Source of the DNA: Pseudomonadales bacterium
GTDB taxonomy: Bacteria > Pseudomonadota > Gammaproteobacteria > Pseudomonadales > Pseudohongiellaceae
Direction: 5' to 3'
Assembly: GCA_023257855.1 (NCBI GenBank)
Contig: JALRBG010000321.1
Coordinates: forward strand, 1 to 44,760
DNA: 44,760 nucleotides
The position numbers and the translations under genes are program-made. The notes beneath the pieces were generated by a model. The model worked only from the letters and a program-made list of their open reading frames with translations. It was not told the origin of the DNA and searched no databases. Each line of letters starts with the position of its first letter. Within the stretch, counting starts at the first letter, position 1. Positions 9,328-17,877 of this stretch are shown here, piece after piece.

Positions 9328-10188
9328 TTAAGGCAGGACGAAGGTGTAATCCAGGGTGAAGAAGGGTTTCTTTAGCCCCCTCGCCTTGATCTCGGCCTTG
9401 TCGGTGTGCTCGGTCACATCAACGCGGAAATCCTTCACCGAGAAGATGGTGTCGGAATCCACGTACGGCGAGCGGTTGAAATACATCATGGTGGTGAACT
9501 CGTCGTGGCCCTTGGCGTGGATCTTGTAGTGGATGTGGGCGGCGCGGTAACCGTGGCGGCCAAGCTGGTGCAGCATCGAGCCGGTGGGGCCAGCCAGAGG
9601 CACCGGGTAGTCGCCCGGGATAACGGTAGCCACATCGAATTCGCCGGTCTTGCTGGTGGTGAAGCGGCCGTAGAAATTCCACTCGGGCAGATGTTCGCGC
9701 TGGACGAAGTAGTAGCCCTCGCCGTTGGGCTGCCAGATGTCCACCTTGGCGCCGACTACCGGCTTGCCATTCTTGTCCACGACCTTGTGGTGGATGAACA
9801 GCGGATTGTCCTTTTTACCGATTTCGCCGATCAGTTCACCGGACTTGCGCTTGGGGAGGCCGGGTATATACAGCGGGCCCTCCACGTTCATCTCGGTGGT
9901 CTTCTTGTTGGCAGCGTCTTCCAGCAGCACGGCGATCTCGGAGATGCCCAGGCAGTCGCTCATCAGGTGGATTTCCCCCATCGGGAAGTCCTGGTTGGGC
10001 TGCGCCAGCTTGAACAGGAACTGGCGGCCGATCTCCAGTTCCTCGGTGGTCAGGTTCACCTCTTTCTGGAAGGCGTGCAGATGCTTGATCAGGCTGGAAT
10101 AGATTTCATGCAGGCGAGGATTTCGCTTGCCCCCGTCACCATGGTTGATAACGGCCTTGGTGATGTTTTTCAGGGTGATGGCTGTCAT
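9328..10188 (-). CDS. intradiol ring-cleavage dioxygenase (catechol / hydroxyquinol 1,2-dioxygenase family)
   Basis: 286 aa with EGPLYIPG, DIWQPNGEGYY, GRFTTSKTGEF and YRAAHIHYKI (Tyr/His iron-ligand regions of intradiol dioxygenases). Confidence 0.88.
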   Translation of the reverse strand: MTAITLKNITKAVINHGDGGKRNPRLHEIYSSLIKHLHAFQKEVNLTTEELEIGRQFLFKLAQPNQDFPMGEIHLMSDCLGISEIAVLLEDAANKKTTEMNVEGPLYIPGLPKRKSGELIGEIGKKDNPLFIHHKVVDKNGKPVVGAKVDIWQPNGEGYYFVQREHLPEWNFYGRFTTSKTGEFDVATVIPGDYPVPLAGPTGSMLHQLGRHGYRAAHIHYKIHAKGHDEFTTMMYFNRSPYVDSDTIFSVKDFRVDVTEHTDKAEIKARGLKKPFFTLDYTFVLP

Positions 10189-10219
10189 GTGTTGGTTCCC
10201 CTAAATGGCAATTACTATT

Positions 10220-10271
10220 ATTAATGTTTATTGGTATTTATTGGTGTTAATCTTTGTTAATAAGAGTTAAT
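10220..10271. promoter_or_regulatory. helically phased AT-rich repeat array upstream of the dioxygenase operon
   Basis: TTTATTGGT occurs at 10227 and 10237. GTTAAT occurs at 10246, 10256 and 10266, with ATTAAT at 10220. All spacings are 10 bp (9 bp at the junction between the two motif series). The array lies 30-85 nt upstream of the start at 10188. Confidence 0.5.
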
Positions 10272-10363
10272 CGGCGTTTGCTGGTTCAATAAAGAACGGA
10301 GCAGGCATGATACCGCTTCACGGGAATTATTCCAGCACCCGCAGGCAACCGGACATCAGTCCT

Positions 10364-11083
10364 TCAGTCCAGCAGCCGCAGGTTGCCGATCACCGTTTCG
10401 GCCGCAACCGGGCTGATCAGCGAAGCACACAGGTTGACTGCCTGCAACGGTACTGCGGATTTCTGCCTGAGAAGCTCCAGGGCCTCTCCCCCGCCTGTCA
10501 TCAGGTCTGCCGCCACGGCGGGACTTATCGCGCCAACCTGCGGTAGCAGGTCAAAGGCATACAGGGAATGCAGCGCCGACAGCAACTTTGGACCAACCAT
10601 CTGCGGCGCAACATGATCTGCATCAACGCGGCGGATAATTGATAACACGGTTTCCGCGAGAAACGGCAGCACGACGCAGCCGCGCCGGAACAGGCACACC
10701 GCATTGTGGACATTCCGGCGCGCCTTCAGACTGCCGCCTTCTGCCTGGATCCAGGTTTCCTGGCCAAAGGCGCAACTGCCGTCACAGGAAAGTACCATCG
10801 CCTTGTCCATGACGAAGACATCCGCATCCAGCCAGATGGCCTGTTCGTAACCCTGTGCATCCAACGCATCCTGCAGCAGGATGAGACGTCCGTAATCGGT
10901 GGCGACAGGCCCGCGGCCGCTCTTGTCCAGGTACCAGCCGGGCACGCCATCGAAAATCGCGTCGCCGACGAAGCGATAGTCAAATCCCCTTGCCTGGCTC
11001 CAGGCACGTACCGAGGCCATGCAGGCCTCTATCCAGGGCGGCACCTGGTTGGTACGAAAGGACTGGATGACAACGGTACGCAA
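10364..11083 (-). CDS. glycosyltransferase-like protein with DXD motif (GT32-like sugar-binding region)
   Basis: The TDYGRLILLQDALDAQGYEQAIWLDADVFV block resembles the DXD-containing region of GT32/capsule-type transferases. The 370-aa track ORF overlaps the upstream ThDP gene, so I shorten it to a TTG start at 11083 (MRTVVIQSF...). The start is uncertain. Confidence 0.5.
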   Translation of the reverse strand: MRTVVIQSFRTNQVPPWIEACMASVRAWSQARGFDYRFVGDAIFDGVPGWYLDKSGRGPVATDYGRLILLQDALDAQGYEQAIWLDADVFVMDKAMVLSCDGSCAFGQETWIQAEGGSLKARRNVHNAVCLFRRGCVVLPFLAETVLSIIRRVDADHVAPQMVGPKLLSALHSLYAFDLLPQVGAISPAVAADLMTGGGEALELLRQKSAVPLQAVNLCASLISPVAAETVIGNLRLLD

Positions 11084-11088
11084 GCCGA

Positions 11089-12750
11089 TTACTTCACCAG
11101 GCCGTGAGGATTTTCGGGAACCTGCTTGCGCACTTGCGGCAGGAAGCGCAGCCAGAATGGCGACTCGAGATGGTCGAGCCGATAATCGATCACCGCCGGA
11201 ATATTGCGCGCGACAAATTCCTTCAGCGCCGCCTGCATCTCCCGCGTCGTGGTCACCCGCCTGGCCTCGACACCGAAGCTTGCGGCAAAGGCGACAAAAT
11301 CGGGATTTTGCAGTGACGTCGCGATGGCCCTGCCGCCATAGGCATTGTTGAGTATGCCTTCGACGTTCCTGTAGGAGTTGTTGTTGATGATCAACATGAT
11401 CACGGGAATATTGAACTGCACCGCCGTGGCCAGTTCCTGCGCGGCATACATGAAGCCGCCATCGCCGATCAGGCATACCACCGGCACGTCCGGCCTGCCG
11501 ATTTTCATGCCCATGGCCGTGCAGGGCCCGAAACCCAGCGCGCCCTGGTAGCCGGAGGAAACATAGGTATGCGGATGATGCACCGGCAGCAGTTCCAGGC
11601 AGGCATGGTTGATCTGGGTGACATCCACGACGACGATGCCGTCTTCACCGATTTCCTGCCTGATCGCACCGAGGATGTCGGCAGCCTGCTGCTGTGGTGC
11701 CATGGCTTGCTGCACTTCCTTGCGCACCGCCGCGCAGGGAGCAGACAGGTCCTTCTTTTTATCGAGGTATTTCGGCACCCGTTCCAGTAGCGCTGCCACG
11801 ACTTGCCCGATGTCCCCGAGCACGCCTTCAATGGGCGCGGGCAGCCGGGTCAGTTCGGCGGGATCGATGTCCACCTTGATGATGTGCAGGTCGTCGTCCC
11901 AGCCCCAGTTGTACACCGGTGCATACAGGCGCGTGCCGAGGGCCAGCACCACGTCGGCTTGCGCCCATAACTTGTTGGAGCCGAGCTGGTTGAAGGCCAG
12001 CGGGTGCCGGCAGTCGATCGTGCCCATGCCGTTTTCCGACATGCCCACCGGCGCACCCAGCATTTCCGCCAGGGCCTGGATGGATTTTCCGAACGCGGCC
12101 GTACCGCCGCCGGCGAGCAAGAACGGAAACTGCGCCTGCGCCAGCTGCCGGGCGACGCCGTCAATCTGGTCCATGTCGAGTTCAGGCAGGCGCCTGTCGG
12201 TGTCCGCAAATATGCTGTCGTTGTACTCGATCTCCATGCGCACGATATCCGACGGCAGCTCCAGGTAAACCGGTCGCGGCCGCTCCGCCTGCACCTCGGC
12301 AAGCGCCTTGGCGATGCCGGGTGCAATCTGGTGAGGGTCTTCCACCCGGCTCGCCCACTTGGTCAGGCTGCGGGCAATGCCGATCTGGTTGTCGAGTTCG
12401 TGCAGGACGCCGACGCCCGAACCTATGAACATGCGCTCGGACTGTCCGGCCAGGCACAGCACGGGTGTGTTGCAGGCATGCGCTACCAGCATGCCGGTGG
12501 TGGCGTTGAGGAAGCCGGGGCCGGGTACGACCAGCAGCGTGCCCGGGCGCCCACTGGCATGGGCGTAGCCGAAAGCCATGAGCGCGGCGCCCTGCTCATG
12601 CCGCGGATGAATGACCCGCAGCTGGTTGCTGACATCGTGCAAACCGGCGAACACCGGGTCGAGCTGTACGCCGGGAATGCCGAACAAGGTGGAAATGCCG
12701 TTGGCAACGAGGGACTGGGCGACGACTTCACCGCCGGAGAGGATGCTCAT
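11089..12750 (-). CDS. thiamine-diphosphate-dependent enzyme (acetolactate synthase large subunit-like family)
   Basis: 553 aa. The N-terminal Pyr domain reads GIPGVQLDPVF...HEQGAALMAFGYA. The ThDP-binding motif is IGDGGFMYAAQELATAVQFNIPVIMLIINNNSY. Confidence 0.85.
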   Translation of the reverse strand: MSILSGGEVVAQSLVANGISTLFGIPGVQLDPVFAGLHDVSNQLRVIHPRHEQGAALMAFGYAHASGRPGTLLVVPGPGFLNATTGMLVAHACNTPVLCLAGQSERMFIGSGVGVLHELDNQIGIARSLTKWASRVEDPHQIAPGIAKALAEVQAERPRPVYLELPSDIVRMEIEYNDSIFADTDRRLPELDMDQIDGVARQLAQAQFPFLLAGGGTAAFGKSIQALAEMLGAPVGMSENGMGTIDCRHPLAFNQLGSNKLWAQADVVLALGTRLYAPVYNWGWDDDLHIIKVDIDPAELTRLPAPIEGVLGDIGQVVAALLERVPKYLDKKKDLSAPCAAVRKEVQQAMAPQQQAADILGAIRQEIGEDGIVVVDVTQINHACLELLPVHHPHTYVSSGYQGALGFGPCTAMGMKIGRPDVPVVCLIGDGGFMYAAQELATAVQFNIPVIMLIINNNSYRNVEGILNNAYGGRAIATSLQNPDFVAFAASFGVEARRVTTTREMQAALKEFVARNIPAVIDYRLDHLESPFWLRFLPQVRKQVPENPHGLVK

Positions 12751-12759
12751 GTTGTCGGT

Positions 12760-13596
12760 TTACTGCTCGTCACCCGTGGCCACCGGACGGGAAGGATCGG
12801 TAATCCATTCGCTCCAGGAGCCGGGATACAACGGCGGCGTATCCAGGCCGGTGATTTTCATCGCGAGTATGTTGTGGGCGGCGGTGACGCCGGAACCACA
12901 ATAACAGACCACCGGTTTGCCGGATGCCAGCACGGGCGCGAATTTCTCTTTCAGCGCGGCCGGAGACAGAAACTTTTTACTGGCGTCCAGATTGGCGGAA
13001 AACGGTGAGCAGGCGGCACCGGGAATATGCCCTGCCACCGGATCCAGCGACTCGGTATCGCCCCGGTATCGGGGCAGGTCGCGGGCATCCACCAGCTGCT
13101 GGGTGGCGGTATCGAGCTCATCGGCACTGACCGTTGTAACAAGTGCGGGTTTAACCGGGTAGGCAGAAACGGCCACGGCTCCCGGTGATTCAGTACTTTC
13201 GGGTTGGCCGGCCGCCTGCCAGGCTTGCCAGCCGCCGTCGAGCACGGCAGCTTGTTCGTGCCCGATCCAGCGCAGCATCCACCACATCCGCGCCGCCATG
13301 GCGCCGCCGGCATCGTCGTACATCACGACCTGCCTGCCGGGTTGTATGCCCAGTGCGCCTGCGACCTGGCGCCAGTCGGCAATATCCGGCAGCGGATGGC
13401 GCCCGGTCTTGCCGGGTATATGGGGTGTGCTGAGATGGTCATCCAGGCTGATATAGTGGGCGTCGGGAATGTGACCGGTGTTGTAAGCCTTGCGACCGGC
13501 CGCGGGATCGGCCAGGGAAAACCGGCAATCTACGACCACCCAATCCGGGTTGTCCAGGTTTGAAGCCAATTCACCGACAGTGACCAGGGTATCCAT
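12760..13596 (-). CDS. sseA: 3-mercaptopyruvate / thiosulfate sulfurtransferase (tandem rhodanese)
   Basis: 278 aa with two rhodanese domains. The active-site loop is CYCGSGVTAAH (the CG[ST]GVT type typical of 3-MST). Confidence 0.75.
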   Translation of the reverse strand: MDTLVTVGELASNLDNPDWVVVDCRFSLADPAAGRKAYNTGHIPDAHYISLDDHLSTPHIPGKTGRHPLPDIADWRQVAGALGIQPGRQVVMYDDAGGAMAARMWWMLRWIGHEQAAVLDGGWQAWQAAGQPESTESPGAVAVSAYPVKPALVTTVSADELDTATQQLVDARDLPRYRGDTESLDPVAGHIPGAACSPFSANLDASKKFLSPAALKEKFAPVLASGKPVVCYCGSGVTAAHNILAMKITGLDTPPLYPGSWSEWITDPSRPVATGDEQ

Positions 13597-13693
13597 CAGA
13601 ATGCTCCTTGAGGATTCACAGGATTCCGCACGTCAACCGCGCCCCACCTGCTGCGTTATTACCGTCAGCAATGTAGCAAACCTGGAGAACAAC

Positions 13694-14173
13694 ATGAAAA
13701 CCTTTTTGGTCAAATCCGGCCTGGTGACCGCAGGCCTACTGCTGGCGTCAGGCCTGCTGTCATCGGTCGTATATGGCCAGGACGACGTCGATGAAGAGCG
13801 CCGTGCCCGCATGGAAGCGCGGCGCGCGGAAATGGAACAGCGCCGGGCCGAATACCTGGAAGCAAACCCCGACGAGGCCGAACGCATGGAAGCCAGGCGC
13901 CGCGAACGCGAGGAGTTTCTTGCCAACAATCCGGAAGCCGCTGCCCGCATGGAAGAGCGTCGCGGGGAGATGCGCGAACGCTTCGAAAACGGTGAAGGCC
14001 GGCCGCGCGGACCGGACTTTGAAGGACGCCGTCCGGGACCGGGCGGTTTCGAGGGCCGCAGACCGGGACCACCCCGGGGTGATGTCGACCGTCGCCGACC
14101 TGGCCTGCCTCCCGGCAATTCCGGAGGGCGCCGCAGCGATTCAGCGCCGGATGAAAATCGCGACCGGTTTTAG
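13694..14173 (+). CDS. secreted Arg/Glu-rich internally repetitive protein
   Basis: Start moved to ATG 13694 (RBS GGAGA, signal peptide MKTFLVKSGLVTAGLLLASGLLSSVVYG). Internal repeats are RMEARRAEMEQRRAEY / RMEARRREREEF / RMEERRGEMRERF, followed by FEGRRPGP x2. Confidence 0.6.
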   Translation: MKTFLVKSGLVTAGLLLASGLLSSVVYGQDDVDEERRARMEARRAEMEQRRAEYLEANPDEAERMEARRREREEFLANNPEAAARMEERRGEMRERFENGEGRPRGPDFEGRRPGPGGFEGRRPGPPRGDVDRRRPGLPPGNSGGRRSDSAPDENRDRF

Positions 14174-14248
14174 GGCATCCAGGACCCGGGCTGATGTTAC
14201 ACTTCCTCCACCATGGCAACACAACATCCGGAGAGAGTGAACAGCAGT

Positions 14249-14851
14249 ATGCATATAGATCCCGCAACCCTGAACAACAAGGAAATGTACAAGTTCCTCA
14301 TCGGGGGGGTCGCACCCAGGCCCATCGCCTGGGCCGGCACGCGCAGCAAGGACGGCTTCAACAACCTGGCCCCGTTTTCCTTTTACAACGCCTTCAGCTC
14401 GACACCGCCGATCGTGGGGTTCTCTACCATCCCCCGCCTGGACGGGCGCAAGAAGGACACCCTGCAGAACGTCATCGACAATAAATGTTTCACGCTGAGC
14501 GCCGTCAGCCGCAGGCTGGTCACGGAGATGAGCAAATCCGCCGCCCTGCTGGAGCCGGAGGAGGATGAGTTCAGCTATGCCGGGCTGGAGCCTGCCGAGG
14601 CGCAGACTATCAATGCACCTTACGTAAAGGACGCCCTCCTCGTCTTCGAGTGCGAGCTCAACCAGGTCATCAGCTTCGGCGACGTCGAGGGATCCGGCAA
14701 CCTGATCCTTGGCCAGATCAAGCACATCAATATCAATGACGACATTTACGAGGACGGGTACGTTAATTTCGAAAAACTCGACCCGGTCGGCCGCCTGGCC
14801 GGCAATTGGTACGCAACCATCCGGGATAAATTCGAACTGAAACGGGGATAA
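14249..14851 (+). CDS. flavin reductase-like FMN-binding protein
   Basis: The motif VAPRPIAWAGTRSKDGFNNLAPFSFYNAFSSTPPIVGFS matches the flavin reductase-like split-barrel domain. Start placed at MHID (14249) behind GGAGAGAG. Confidence 0.8.
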   Translation: MHIDPATLNNKEMYKFLIGGVAPRPIAWAGTRSKDGFNNLAPFSFYNAFSSTPPIVGFSTIPRLDGRKKDTLQNVIDNKCFTLSAVSRRLVTEMSKSAALLEPEEDEFSYAGLEPAEAQTINAPYVKDALLVFECELNQVISFGDVEGSGNLILGQIKHININDDIYEDGYVNFEKLDPVGRLAGNWYATIRDKFELKRG

Positions 14852-14853
14852 TC

Positions 14854-15348
14854 ATGACACGTATTTTTATTGCTGTGTTTTTTCTGCTGTTTACTTCACT
14901 GGCTGCCGCCCAGGAAATCGATGACGCCGCCATCGCCACGCGCGTCAACTTTGCCCTGCAAAACAGCAAGGCACTGACGGGTGCGGATTTCATGGCATTC
15001 AGCGTGAACGGTTATGTCCTGCTCGCCGGACAGGTGTTGAGCGAAGAACAGCGCAATACCGCTGCCGCCGCTGCCGCGTTTGCGTCCAGGGATATTCGCC
15101 GGCTCATCAACGAACTTGAAGTGGTGGAGGCGCTAGACGATTCGTTTGATGCCGCCGACAGGCAGATCCTGGCGCAGATCGAGGCCGTCATTCCCGCAAT
15201 GTCCCCTGCCACGATTCCGGTCATCCACAATGGCGTGGTATTCCTGCTGGGTCGTGTCACCCGCGCCGACGGCAATGACGTCGCCCAGCAGATCAGCCGC
15301 ATGGACGGCGTGAAGGCCATCAGGATCAGCTACGAATACACGGATTAG
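14854..15348 (+). CDS. BON domain-containing periplasmic protein (OsmY/DolP-like)
   Basis: 164 aa with a signal peptide and two BON-like segments (FSVNGYVLLAGQV; HNGVVFLLGRVTRADG). It starts 3 nt after the upstream stop. Confidence 0.75.
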   Translation: MTRIFIAVFFLLFTSLAAAQEIDDAAIATRVNFALQNSKALTGADFMAFSVNGYVLLAGQVLSEEQRNTAAAAAAFASRDIRRLINELEVVEALDDSFDAADRQILAQIEAVIPAMSPATIPVIHNGVVFLLGRVTRADGNDVAQQISRMDGVKAIRISYEYTD

Positions 15349-15360
15349 ATTTATTGGATA

Positions 15361-15391
15361 AAAAAAGGGCCGCGATTGCGGCCCTTTTTTT
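15361..15391. terminator. bidirectional rho-independent terminator
   Basis: AAAAAA-GGGCCGC-GATT-GCGGCCC-TTTTTTT, lying between convergent genes that end at 15348 (+) and 15404 (-). Confidence 0.9.
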
Positions 15392-15403
15392 GCCAGGATT
15401 ATT

Positions 15404-17569
15404 TCAGTAATCCATCGGTGTTTCGCGGATCTGAAATTGCACCATTTTGCCGGTGGTGCCCTTGCCACCTTCGGTATGCCAGATCAGGTGGTTGCCGTAG
15501 TTGGCCCAGAGGGAGCGGCCTTTCCAGCCCAGGTCCGGATCGTCGATACGGCCGTCCAGACCGCGATGGTAGAAGCCCATCGGGTACGGAACGCGCAGGA
15601 AGGTCCAGTCACCGGATTCCGGATCCAGTGCGATCAGAGAATCTGAGTTGGAGCCGGTGATGATCGGCGTGTCCTTGCCCAGGCCGCTGACATTATGCTG
15701 GTCGACCCAGCCGAAGTAATGGAAATCGGCTGGTACGTCGCTGTTGCCCATCTTCGGACCCGGAGTCTGGTAAAGGGTCCAGCCGGCATCACAATGGGTG
15801 CCGGTTTCAGTGCCGGGTCCATTCAGGACGGGACAGGCGCTGCGATCGAGCTTGGCCCAGTGCGAAGAACCTGCCAGGGCGACCCAGGGATTGCCCTTGC
15901 TGTCCAGGTCCATGCCGCGCGGGTCGAAGCCGGGATCAGGAATCGCATAGACTTCAGCGATACAGGTTTCCGGCGGATTATTGCCGCGATCCAGGCGGAT
16001 GATGGAGCCGAACGGGAAGCCCGCACCGCTGTCCTCGTTGGCGCCCCAGACGATGTTGCTGTTGTTGGGGTCGGGGATCACGGTGTACATGTTGTTGCGG
16101 ATTTCGGTATCCAGGTTCGGATCCTTTTCATCGGCATCCCAGGCGTTCCACGGGCGGGTAATCACACCGTCACCGTTGGTGTCGATGATCTGCGGACACC
16201 AGCCCTGGGACAGTTCCTCGTCATGGGTCTGGTCCCAGATGCGTGTGTTGACCCAGCCGAATACCGGGCCCAGCAGCTCGTTGAAGTACAGGGTGTTATC
16301 CGGATCGGTGCCGAACTGCAGGTGATGCGTGGCGAAACAGGTGTCGATCAGCTCGAACTGGCCGGTGACCGGATCAAACACGGAGGCCTGGCGGTTGCTG
16401 AAAGTCAGCGGGTAATACTGCGCGTACTTGTTGTCGGAATCGCGACCGCAGAATGCCGGCTGGTCATTGCGCACCTTGGACGTCATCCAGACGCGGCCAT
16501 CGGGACCGATCATCGGGTTGTGCGGGTCGGCCGGGTTGTAGTCCGGTCCCCACAGGTGCTCGAAGCCCCAGAAGTTGGAGGGGTTGCCCGGAGCCGGGAA
16601 GCGGCCGCGCACGATGCGGGGGTCTTCCTTGGTGGGGATGGTATAGAAGTAGGAGTCGTTGGTGATCGGGTCCACCACCGCCAGGGTACCGTGGCCGGAG
16701 GAAACCGCGTAGGTCGGGCCGTAGGCGTTTACCGTGGGGTTGTTCTTGTCCGTGGTGATTTCGTCGTGCATGAAATCATGGTCGCCGCCGATATCACGCA
16801 GGGTAACTACCACATTGCGCTCTACGCCGGTCGGGCGCGGCGGTTGCGGAGGTACCGCGCCGCCTTCGATCTTGCGGGTCCAGTTGGCGAGCATGTCGAC
16901 CATGCCGTTCATGCCGATGCCGGCCAGGTTGGCCGCCATGGAGCCGCCGCGGACACCCAGCGTGGTGCGATAGCGCCAGGCTTCTTCGTGGGAGTCGAAA
17001 CCAAGGTGATCCATGTGGTCCAGGGAGCGGGTCACCTCGTTGCCAAGCTGGTGACAGAACTCGCAGTCGCTCTTGAACTCGTGCAGCATTTTTTTCTGGC
17101 TGGTGATGGCCGGCATGAAACCGTTGGCACCGGTACCCGGGAAATTCTCGTCACCCGGTATTTCGATCAGGGACAGCCAGTAGTCAGGCGGGTAGACCTT
17201 GGCGGCGTCAGCGGGTGTCGGTGCAACGCTGACGCTCAGCGCCACATCCCGGTCGCCCGGGCGGCCTTCGGTGGTCTCGGAATCGAGCAGGCCGTAACCA
17301 CGCACCCACAGGTTGTAGGTGACATCCGGCAGCTGGGGCATGACCCAGCGTCCCTGGTCATCGGTGACAACGATCTTGATGAAGCCGGTATTCAGCTCGT
17401 TGGTTTCCGCGATCACCCAGACGCCAGCTTCGGGACCGTTTTCACTGGTCACGGTGCCGGTAATATAACCATCGGGGTATTTGCGTTCTGTGAACCCGGG
17501 AACCTGGGCCATCATTGCCGTGCTCACGAAAAGCAGGCCAACTGCCATGGCTCTGAAAATAGTCTTCAT
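15404..17569 (-). CDS. secreted multidomain protein: carboxypeptidase-regulatory-like beta-sandwich + single c-type haem motif + large propeller-like region; function unknown
   Basis: 721 aa with signal peptide MKTIFRAMAVGLLFVSTAMMAQ. The segment GTVTSENGPEAGVWVIAE...VVTDDQGRWVMPQLPDVTYNLWVRGYG looks like a CarboxypepD_reg fold. There is one CXXCH (CEFCHQ). The C-terminal ~450 aa are rich in W/G/D repeats. Confidence 0.65.
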   Translation of the reverse strand: MKTIFRAMAVGLLFVSTAMMAQVPGFTERKYPDGYITGTVTSENGPEAGVWVIAETNELNTGFIKIVVTDDQGRWVMPQLPDVTYNLWVRGYGLLDSETTEGRPGDRDVALSVSVAPTPADAAKVYPPDYWLSLIEIPGDENFPGTGANGFMPAITSQKKMLHEFKSDCEFCHQLGNEVTRSLDHMDHLGFDSHEEAWRYRTTLGVRGGSMAANLAGIGMNGMVDMLANWTRKIEGGAVPPQPPRPTGVERNVVVTLRDIGGDHDFMHDEITTDKNNPTVNAYGPTYAVSSGHGTLAVVDPITNDSYFYTIPTKEDPRIVRGRFPAPGNPSNFWGFEHLWGPDYNPADPHNPMIGPDGRVWMTSKVRNDQPAFCGRDSDNKYAQYYPLTFSNRQASVFDPVTGQFELIDTCFATHHLQFGTDPDNTLYFNELLGPVFGWVNTRIWDQTHDEELSQGWCPQIIDTNGDGVITRPWNAWDADEKDPNLDTEIRNNMYTVIPDPNNSNIVWGANEDSGAGFPFGSIIRLDRGNNPPETCIAEVYAIPDPGFDPRGMDLDSKGNPWVALAGSSHWAKLDRSACPVLNGPGTETGTHCDAGWTLYQTPGPKMGNSDVPADFHYFGWVDQHNVSGLGKDTPIITGSNSDSLIALDPESGDWTFLRVPYPMGFYHRGLDGRIDDPDLGWKGRSLWANYGNHLIWHTEGGKGTTGKMVQFQIRETPMDY

Positions 17570-17592
17570 AGATCCTCCTGAGATAATCCCTG

Positions 17593-17633
17593 GGATATTG
17601 AAAGTGGATATTCGGCCAAAACCGGATATTGAA
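17593..17633. repeat. three GGATATT direct repeats in the leader/promoter of the 721-aa gene
   Basis: GGATATT occurs at 17593, 17606 and 17624. The outer two copies extend to GGATATTGAA and are 31 bp apart. The array lies 24-64 nt upstream of the start at 17569. Confidence 0.45.
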
Positions 17634-17877
17634 TTTGCTGGAATTCTTGGTCTGATTCCTTCTCCTCGAAGGACGCCGAGTATACCTGAACTCGTTTTTC
17701 AACTTAAAGCCTTTATGCCCTGAAATCCCTGATTTCCCCGGTTTGTGCAGGGTTCCGTTTTGAGGGTATACACAATACAATCTTGGGCCTTTCAGCCGTA
17801 AATACACTCACCAGCCAGCGGGATTTTCGGCCCAAGTTTTCGGTCGCGTTTTACGAAAACCGCAGCAAGAGGTACCC

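Noticed and set aside
10364-11476. Full 370-aa version of the glycosyltransferase-like ORF.
   Set aside because: Its first ~130 codons overlap the 3' end of the ThDP enzyme gene in another frame and translate to Arg/Cys/Gln-rich nonsense. I shortened it to a TTG start at 11083.
13633-14267. Minus-strand ORFs 13633..14118 and 13710..14267 overlapping the Arg/Glu-rich gene.
   Set aside because: They are artefacts of the repetitive GC-rich codons. Only the plus frame has an RBS plus a signal peptide.
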